Assembly (NCBI GenBank): GCA_029781975.1
Contig: JAKOVQ010000017.1
Location: 130,074-194,073 of the forward strand
Length of the DNA stretch: 64,000 bases
Direction of reading: 5' to 3'
Origin: Acidobacteriota bacterium
GTDB taxonomy: Bacteria > Acidobacteriota > Thermoanaerobaculia > UBA5066
The notes below the pieces were generated by a model. That model did no database searches. It was not told the origin of the DNA and was given only the letters and a program-made list of their open reading frames with translations. The position numbers and the translations under genes are program-made. Below are positions 58,285 through 64,000 of this stretch, one piece after another. Positions within the stretch are counted from its first letter, which is position 1, and each line of letters begins with the position of its first letter.

Positions 58285-59168
58285 CGCGAGCCCTCCGGAC
58301 GCGGGAGGTCGGTGGCCTCGGTGGCCGCGGAGGCCGCGCTCCCCGCCCGGGGGCGGGCCAGAGGCGCGCCGAGCCCGCCGGACCCGGCCCGGACGCGCTT
58401 CAGCTCCGGGGTCCGGCTGAGGATCGTCACCCCGAACCCGGCCTCGGGCGGGCCGGCGAGCTCCAGGTGCCGCGACGTCACGGTGTTCGCGAGGCCGCCG
58501 GGGTCCGACGGCACCCAGCCGAGGCCCGGGACGTAGACCTCGATCCAGCGGTGCCGCACCCCGCTGATCCCTTCGTTGAAGAGCTCCCGCGTGTCCGGGG
58601 TCAGCTCGGCGGCGTCGCGGGCCACGAGGATCCCCGTCACCTGCCGCGCCGGAACTCCCGCGCGGATGAGGAGGTCTGCCGCGAGGAGCGAACGGCCCAC
58701 GCACGATCCTCGCCGGGACGCGAGGCACTCCGCCGCGGACTCGGGACGGGGGCCGGGGGGGTCGTACCGGATCCGGTGGGCGACCCAGCCGATCACCCGC
58801 TCGACGGCCTCCAGCTCCGTCCGCGCGCCGCGCAGGAGCAGCCGGGCGAGGGCGTCCGCGTCGGGATCCGCCGGGCGGGGCGACGTCACCAGGGCTCGCG
58901 CCTCGTCGGGGAGGGAGGCGAGAGCGGGCGGGAAGGGAGCGTCCCGTCGAAGGGGCGTTCCGTCCACCACGACGGTCGCCACGAGCTCGCGGCCGTCGGG
59001 CGAGGAGAGGGCCACGCGGTAGCCGGGCCCCTCGACGGGCCGGACGACCCGCCAGGGGGCCGTCCCGCTCACCGCGTACCGGGCGGACTCCACGGCCGGC
59101 GCCGCCGGGGACGGCGCCGCGGCGGCGTTCGCGGCCGTCACCGCGAGGACGAGGAGGGCGAGCCTCAC
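58281..59168 (-). CDS. Secreted transglutaminase-like cysteine-protease-fold protein
   Basis: Signal peptide MRLALLVLAVTAANAAAAP; transglutaminase-core Cys-His-Asp context (RGSCVGRSLLAADLLIRAGVPARQV...HRWIEVYVPGLGWVPSDP); ATGA overlap with nusB stop. Confidence 0.7.
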   Translation of the reverse strand: MRLALLVLAVTAANAAAAPSPAAPAVESARYAVSGTAPWRVVRPVEGPGYRVALSSPDGRELVATVVVDGTPLRRDAPFPPALASLPDEARALVTSPRPADPDADALARLLLRGARTELEAVERVIGWVAHRIRYDPPGPRPESAAECLASRRGSCVGRSLLAADLLIRAGVPARQVTGILVARDAAELTPDTRELFNEGISGVRHRWIEVYVPGLGWVPSDPGGLANTVTSRHLELAGPPEAGFGVTILSRTPELKRVRAGSGGLGAPLARPRAGSAASAATEATDLPRPEGSR

Positions 59169-59617
59169 GCCGCTCCCGGCCGCCGACCTCCCTCCCCGGC
59201 AGGGCGGGGGCCGAAGAGGGTGCGACGGATCCCGTCCAGGACTCCGTTGATGAACGGGGCGGACGACGGCGTCGAGAACTTCTTGGCGATCTCGACGGCC
59301 TCGTCGATCACGACCGCGTCCGGCGTGTCGTCCTCGTAGATGAGCTCGTAGAGGGCGAGCCGGAGGAGGTTCCGGTCGACCACCGGCATCCTCCCGAGCC
59401 GCCAGTGCTCCGACTGGCCCGAGAGCCTCTCGTCGAGCTCCGCCCTCCGCGCGAGCGTCCCGAGGAGGAGCCGCGAGGCGTACTCCTGCACCTCGGGGCG
59501 GGCCGTGGCGAACTCCTCGGTCTTGTCGAACATCTCCTCGGGCGGCGTCCCCGCGAGGTCGTTCTGGTAGAGGAGCTGGAGGGCGAGCTCCCGCGACCTC
59601 CGCCGCCTGCCGCTCAC
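59165..59617 (-). CDS. nusB: Transcription antitermination factor NusB
   Basis: 150 aa; RRRSRELALQLLYQ, all-helical NusB fold, FINGVLDGI. Confidence 0.85.
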   Translation of the reverse strand: MSGRRRRSRELALQLLYQNDLAGTPPEEMFDKTEEFATARPEVQEYASRLLLGTLARRAELDERLSGQSEHWRLGRMPVVDRNLLRLALYELIYEDDTPDAVVIDEAVEIAKKFSTPSSAPFINGVLDGIRRTLFGPRPAGEGGRRPGAA

Positions 59618-59627
59618 GAGGCGCTCC

Positions 59628-60107
59628 TCAGCGGGGAGCGGAGGCCCTCAGGCGGGCCCTCAGGTCGGCCGACTCCACCGCGGCCGAGGCCGCCTCGAAG
59701 CCCTTGTTGCCCCCCTTCGCCCCGGAGCGCTCGAGGGCCTGCTCCAGCGTGTCGCACGTGAGGACTCCGAACGAGACGGGGAGGTCGACCTCGAGCCCCA
59801 CGTGGAAGACTCCCTTGGCCACCTCGCTCGCGACGAAGTCGAAATGGGGGGTCCCGCCGCGGATGACCGCCGCGAGCGCGATCAGGGCGTCGAACCGGCC
59901 GGCCTTCGCCAGGTCGCGCAGGGTGAGAGGGACCTCCCAGGCGCCCGGGACCCGGACGACGGTGACGTCCTCGTCCGCCGCGCCGAGCCGCCGGAGGGCG
60001 TCGAGGGCCCCGTCGAGGAGGCGGGCGACGACGATGTCGTTCGTCCGGGAGGCGACGATTCCGAAGCGCCGGCCCGTGGCCTGCAGCTGTCCTTCGAGGA
60101 GCGGCAT
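59628..60107 (-). CDS. ribH: 6,7-dimethyl-8-ribityllumazine synthase
   Basis: 159 aa; RFGIVASRTNDIVVARLLDGA, VPGAWEVP, GGTPHFDFVA. Confidence 0.9.
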   Translation of the reverse strand: MPLLEGQLQATGRRFGIVASRTNDIVVARLLDGALDALRRLGAADEDVTVVRVPGAWEVPLTLRDLAKAGRFDALIALAAVIRGGTPHFDFVASEVAKGVFHVGLEVDLPVSFGVLTCDTLEQALERSGAKGGNKGFEAASAAVESADLRARLRASAPR

Positions 60108-60119
60108 CGGTCTACGAGT

Positions 60120-61184
60120 CTAGCAGAGCGCGGCGCCGGGGCGGGCGGCCGGAGGGAGCGGCGAGGGAGCGACGTCGGCGGAGCCCAGGCGGCGGGACGC
60201 TTCCTCCAGAGCGGCGGCCCCGAAGCTCTCCCCGAGCCTCGAAAGGAACGCGTCGAGCGAATAGCGGCGGGGCTGGGGTCCCTCGGCCTCCAGGGAGAGC
60301 GCCGCGGCCGTGCTCCCGACCCGGCCCGCCAGGTCCCAGGGGAGCCCCCTCACCCGCGCGGCCACCAGGCCGGCGCGGTACGCGTCGCCGACCCCCGTCG
60401 GGTCGACCGCCTCTCCCCGCAGGCGCGCCGCGGGGATCCGGAGGGTCCGGGCGCCGTCGGGCGCCTCGGCGATCCCTCCCCGCAGGGCGATCGTCGACCC
60501 CTCCGCGCCGTGCGTGATGACGACGACCGGCACCCGCGCCAAAAGCTCGGTCTCCGAGAGGCCGGTCTTCTTCTCGATGATCCCGAACTCGTACTCGTTC
60601 CCGATCAGGACCGAGGCCCCCTCGAGCCCCTCGAGGAGCTCCTCGCCGGAGAGGCGGGCCACCTGCTGGCTGGGGTCGTAGACGAACGGGATCCCCAGCT
60701 CCCGGCACTCCCGGGCGTAGGAGGCCATCGCCGCGGGGTCGTTGGGCGAGATCAGCGCGAGCGCCACCTCCCCCGGCCGGAACGCGCGGAACGACAGCTC
60801 GCGCGCCTTCGCCATCGCCCCCGCGTAGAAGGTGGCGATCTGGTTCTGCTCCACGTCGGTCGAGACGAAGAACGACGCGGTGAAGACGTCCTCGTAGATC
60901 CGCATCGCGGAGACGTCGACCCCTTCCGACTCGAGCCACGCCCGGTACTCGCCGCCGTCGGCGCCCGCCGTCGCCATCAGCGTGGGCGTCACGCCGAGGA
61001 GAGAGAGGCCGTAGGCGATGTTGGGCGCGACCCCGCCGCGCACGCGCTTCATCTCGTCCACGAGGAACGAGACCGAGAGCCGGTGGAGCCGGTCGGGGAC
61101 GACCACCTCCGAGAAGCGGCCCGGGAAGCGCATCAGGTAGTCGTGGGCGACGGAGCCCGTGACGACGATTCGGGGCTGGGTCAT
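60120..61184 (-). CDS. PfkB family carbohydrate/nucleoside kinase (adenosine-kinase-like)
   Basis: Internal ATG MTQPRIVVTGSVAHDYLM; GGVAPNIAYG, ITHGAEGS, DPTGVGDAYRAGL (PfkB signature 2); ATGA overlap with mtnP stop. Confidence 0.8.
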   Translation of the reverse strand: MTQPRIVVTGSVAHDYLMRFPGRFSEVVVPDRLHRLSVSFLVDEMKRVRGGVAPNIAYGLSLLGVTPTLMATAGADGGEYRAWLESEGVDVSAMRIYEDVFTASFFVSTDVEQNQIATFYAGAMAKARELSFRAFRPGEVALALISPNDPAAMASYARECRELGIPFVYDPSQQVARLSGEELLEGLEGASVLIGNEYEFGIIEKKTGLSETELLARVPVVVITHGAEGSTIALRGGIAEAPDGARTLRIPAARLRGEAVDPTGVGDAYRAGLVAARVRGLPWDLAGRVGSTAAALSLEAEGPQPRRYSLDAFLSRLGESFGAAALEEASRRLGSADVAPSPLPPAARPGAALC

Positions 61185-62044
61185 GGCGTCGGTTCCTTCT
61201 CGAGGAAGAGGGCGAGCCGCGCGCGCGTCTCCTCGGGGATCGCGTCGGGGCGGGTGACGACGGCCCACCGGAGCGCTCCCGAGCAGTCGGGGGGGCGTTC
61301 CGGGTCGAGGCGCGCCACGGCGGCGGCCAGCACGCGGCTGGCGGTGTCGGCGTTCGCGCGGAGGGTCCCGAGGACGGCCTCGACCGTCACCGGCGCCTCG
61401 GCCTCGTGCCAGCAGTCGTAGTCGGTCACGAGGCAGAGCGACGCGTAGTCGACCTCCGCCTCGCGGCAGAGCTTGGCCTCGGTGGCGTTCGTCATCCCGA
61501 TGACGTCGACGCCCCAGGAGCGGTAGAGGAGCGACTCGGCCCGGCTGGAGAAGTGCGGGCCGTCGATGCAGAGGTAGGTGCCGCCGGCGTGGACGGTCGC
61601 GCCGGCCTCGCGCCCGGCCCTCCCGAGCGCGTCGACGAGGTGGGACGAGACGGGGCGGGCCATCGAGACGTGGGCCGCGCAGCCGCCGCCGAAGAAGGTC
61701 GACGCCCGCCCCGCCGTCCGGTCGACGAACTGGTCGGGGAGGACGACGTCGGTGGGGCGGTAGCCCTCCTTCATCGACCCGCAGGCGGACGACGAGATCA
61801 GGTACGAGCAGCCGAGCTTGCGAAAGGCCCAGACGTTCGCCCGGTAGTTCAGCTCCGACGGGAGGAGCCGGTGCCCGCGCCCGTGCCGCGCCAGGAACGC
61901 CACCGGGACGCCGGACAGCTCGCCGACGAGGAAAGCGTCGGACGGGGCGCCGAAGGGGGTCGGGACGACGACCTCCTCGGCCTTCGCGAGCGCCTCGAGG
62001 CCGTAGAGCCCCGAGCCGCCCAGGACCCCGATCCTCCGCGTCAT
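61181..62044 (-). CDS. mtnP: S-methyl-5'-thioadenosine phosphorylase
   Basis: Internal ATG MTRRIGVLGGSGLYGL; PNP/MTAP family motifs (FLARHGRGHRLLPSELNYRANVWA, GMTNATEAKLCREAE); ATGA overlap with upstream oxidoreductase stop; 300-aa ORF N-terminus is artifact. Confidence 0.85.
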   Translation of the reverse strand: MTRRIGVLGGSGLYGLEALAKAEEVVVPTPFGAPSDAFLVGELSGVPVAFLARHGRGHRLLPSELNYRANVWAFRKLGCSYLISSSACGSMKEGYRPTDVVLPDQFVDRTAGRASTFFGGGCAAHVSMARPVSSHLVDALGRAGREAGATVHAGGTYLCIDGPHFSSRAESLLYRSWGVDVIGMTNATEAKLCREAEVDYASLCLVTDYDCWHEAEAPVTVEAVLGTLRANADTASRVLAAAVARLDPERPPDCSGALRWAVVTRPDAIPEETRARLALFLEKEPTP

Positions 62045-63000
62045 GTCGCGGATGCGCGGCCCATCTCGGGGAGGATGTCGAGGGCCAGCTTCAGCGCGGC
62101 GCGCCCCGCCTCGCCGGTGACGGCGGGCTCGCTCCGGTCGCGGCACGCGGCGAGGAAGGCGGCGTCCTCCTCGGTCAGCGGGTCGGCCGGGACGACCCGG
62201 ACCGGCCACTCCACGATCCGGGGAGGACCCGTCCAGCGGTCGAGGCGGTAGGCGGTCACGTCCCGCTTCTGCGTGTCGATCGAGAAGTACCAGTCGGGCT
62301 GGAAGAACCGGAACTTGCGCGTCTTCTCGTGCGAGACCCGCGACGCGGTCAGGTTCGCGACGCACCCCCCCTCGAACGTCAGGCGGACCGAGGCGATGTC
62401 CACCTTGCCGGAGAGGATCGGCACGCCGACCGCCCGGATCTCCGTGACCGGGCGGCGCACGACCTCGAGGGCGATGTCGAGGTCGTGGACCAGGAGGTCG
62501 AGGACCACGTCGACGTCGAGCGCCCGCGGGACGAAGACCCCGAGCCGGTGCGCCTCGATGAACTTCACGTCGGTCACGTGCGGGAGGACCGCCACCACCG
62601 CCGGGTTGAACCGCTCGATGTGCCCCACCTGGAGGACCCGCCCCTTCGACCGCGCCAGGGAGACGAGGGCGTCCGCCTCGGCGAGCGTCGTCGTGAGCGG
62701 CTTCTCGACCAGGACGTCCGCCCCCCCCTCGAGGAGCTCCGCCGCCACCTCGGCGTGCGTCGACGTGGGCGTGGCGACGACCACGGCCCGGGCACCCCGC
62801 TCGAGGAGCTCCTTCACCGACCGGCAGCGCGTGAGCCCCTTCGCCCCGTGCTTCGCCTCGATCTCCGCTGCGGTCGCGTCGCTCGCGTCGACGAAGCCGA
62901 CGGGATCGGACAGGGGGAGCTCGGTCAGGATGCGGGCATGGTGGCGCCCGAGGAACCCGCATCCGACGATGCCGGTCCGGATCTTCGCGTGCTCGGTCAT
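62041..63000 (-). CDS. Gfo/Idh/MocA family NAD(P)-dependent oxidoreductase
   Basis: Internal ATG MTEHAKIRTGIVGCGFLGRHHARIL (Rossmann), EKPL motif, C-terminal Gfo/Idh/MocA domain. Confidence 0.8.
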   Translation of the reverse strand: MTEHAKIRTGIVGCGFLGRHHARILTELPLSDPVGFVDASDATAAEIEAKHGAKGLTRCRSVKELLERGARAVVVATPTSTHAEVAAELLEGGADVLVEKPLTTTLAEADALVSLARSKGRVLQVGHIERFNPAVVAVLPHVTDVKFIEAHRLGVFVPRALDVDVVLDLLVHDLDIALEVVRRPVTEIRAVGVPILSGKVDIASVRLTFEGGCVANLTASRVSHEKTRKFRFFQPDWYFSIDTQKRDVTAYRLDRWTGPPRIVEWPVRVVPADPLTEEDAAFLAACRDRSEPAVTGEAGRAALKLALDILPEMGRASAT

Positions 63001-63014
63001 AGGGACCTCGGAGT

Positions 63015-63692
63015 CTACCGGCCGCCCGTCCCCCGCGCGAGCGCGCCGCTTCCGGCCGCCGCCGGGCCCGCGAGGCCCGGGACCGCGTCGGCCAGGAGCC
63101 GGGCGAGGCTCCCCGCGCGTGAAGCCGCCCCGGCCCGGAAGGAGAGGAACCGGACGGGGGCCCGGGCCGCCGCTTCCTCGTCGTACCGCGAGTCCCCCAC
63201 GAAGACGCACTCCGCGAGCGGGACGCCGGCCCTCTCGGCGGCGAGGCGGACGACGGCCGGGTCGGGCTTCCCCGCCCCCGCCTCGTCCGCGGAGGCGGTC
63301 GCGTCGAGGAGCCCGTCGAGCCCCACCTCCTCCAGGATCCGGCGGGCGAGGCGGTGCTGGGTGTTCGTCGCGAGGGAGGTCCGGATGCCCCGGTCGCGGA
63401 GGGCCCGGAGGACGGCGCCGGCCTCCTCGTTCGGCCGGACGAGGTCGAGCCGCCCCTCGAAGGAACGGGCGTAGGCCTCGTTGATCTCCTCCACCGTCCG
63501 CTCCGGCATGTAGGCGTCGCGGTCGGCCTCGGTCCCGTTCCCGTAGATCGCGTCGAAGGCCGCGCGGGTCACCGGCGGGTGGCCGAAGCGCCGGAGGGTG
63601 TCGTTGTAGACGGCGAACCACGCCTCCTCGGAGAAGACGAGGACGCCGTCCATGTCGAAGAGGACGGCGCGGACGGGACGGGCCAAGGGCAC
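63015..63692 (-). CDS. HAD superfamily hydrolase (phosphatase, subfamily IA)
   Basis: 225 aa; VLFDMDGVL (motif I), SLATNT (motif II), GKPDP and FVGDSRYD (motifs III/IV). Confidence 0.8.
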   Translation of the reverse strand: MPLARPVRAVLFDMDGVLVFSEEAWFAVYNDTLRRFGHPPVTRAAFDAIYGNGTEADRDAYMPERTVEEINEAYARSFEGRLDLVRPNEEAGAVLRALRDRGIRTSLATNTQHRLARRILEEVGLDGLLDATASADEAGAGKPDPAVVRLAAERAGVPLAECVFVGDSRYDEEAAARAPVRFLSFRAGAASRAGSLARLLADAVPGLAGPAAAGSGALARGTGGR

Positions 63693-63738
63693 CTCCGGCC
63701 GCGGATGATGGCAGACGCGCGCGGGCCGGAGCGACCCG

Positions 63739-64000
63739 CTACTCCACCCCGAACTGCGCCTGGGCGGTGGCGCAGCCCCACTTCCCCTGGAGGATCCCGG
63801 CCCCCGTCGCGGCCGGGAGGAGATACGCCTCGCCGTTCCACGGGTCGCAGACGACCGCGGTGTCGCCCCACGCCGCGGGGTCGTTCCCGCTCCCGGGCTT
63901 CCTCCCGACGACGACGAACGCGTGCGTGCCGCTCGTGAGGTACATCCAGGCGAGGGGACGGATGCCCATGTCGTAGAGGTGGACGAACGCCGTGATGCTC
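63739..64000 (-). CDS. Hypothetical protein, C-terminal fragment (N-terminus lies beyond the window end)
   Basis: Open frame continues to the window edge (SITAFVHLYDMGIRPLAWMYLTSGTHAFVVVGRKPGSGNDPAAWGDTAVVCDPWNGEAYLL...); no family recognised. Confidence 0.3.
   Translation of the reverse strand, partial: SITAFVHLYDMGIRPLAWMYLTSGTHAFVVVGRKPGSGNDPAAWGDTAVVCDPWNGEAYLLPAATGAGILQGKWGCATAQAQFGVE

Noticed and set aside
1-64000. CRISPR arrays, tRNA/rRNA genes, IS elements, integrases, phage genes
   Set aside because: No spaced direct repeats, no cloverleaf-compatible 75-nt segments with a GTTCGA T-loop in the small intergenic gaps, and no transposase, integrase or phage-like ORFs were found. The only repeats are the 11-nt triplication at pal/cpoB and the GGTGA repeats upstream of lpxB.

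Overview
This is a very GC-rich (about 74-75 %) bacterial chromosomal segment with dense, mostly housekeeping coding on the minus strand; about 59 of the 66 features I call are on that strand. The gene content (lpxB, msbA, lptE, a tol-pal cluster) indicates a Gram-negative (diderm) organism. A Myxococcota-like origin is my tentative guess, based on the GC content, a DUF4388 protein and a Che7/Cpc7-like cluster.

Gene order, reading the minus strand from high to low coordinates:
- a partial hypothetical gene, a HAD hydrolase, a Gfo/Idh/MocA oxidoreductase, mtnP and a PfkB kinase;
- ribH and nusB, then a secreted transglutaminase-like protein joined by 4-nt overlaps to a chemosensory cluster with no MCP (cheY-like, cheA, cheW, HEAT-repeat protein, cheR, cheB);
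- leuS, lptE;
- the plus-strand island tolQ, tolR, tolA-like, tolB, pal, cpoB, rpsT;
- an S55 (SpoIVB-like) peptidase and a secreted beta-propeller/Y_Y_Y protein;
- a peptide-type ABC importer (substrate-binding protein plus two permeases), coaD, a plus-strand YbgC-like thioesterase, pabB, pabC;
- a thioester-reductase-like enzyme and an aldehyde dehydrogenase, then uvrC;
- a DUF4388/J-domain/TPR protein, a DUF4126 protein, the RNase P RNA gene (rnpB), a NYN RNase, ldcA and a cNMP-binding-FHA fusion;
- recG, a STAS-domain protein, an M50 (site-2) protease, trpS, scpA, scpB, rluB, hisC, cmk, rpsA, an IHF/HU protein and a HIT hydrolase;
- two small membrane proteins, lpxB, msbA, yicC, gmk, rpoZ, coaBC, a family-4 UDG, a membrane-anchored hypothetical, priA and a partial accA.

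Nearly all large plus-strand ORFs in the supplied track, and the long N-terminal extensions of many minus-strand ORFs, are GC-driven frame artifacts. Gene starts were re-placed by homology, often at GTG or TTG codons that overlap the upstream stop by 4 nt.

The most unusual element is the seven-gene, translationally coupled Che7-like module in which a 738-aa HEAT-repeat protein takes the position normally held by a receptor. No CRISPR array, tRNA gene, rRNA gene or mobile element was found.
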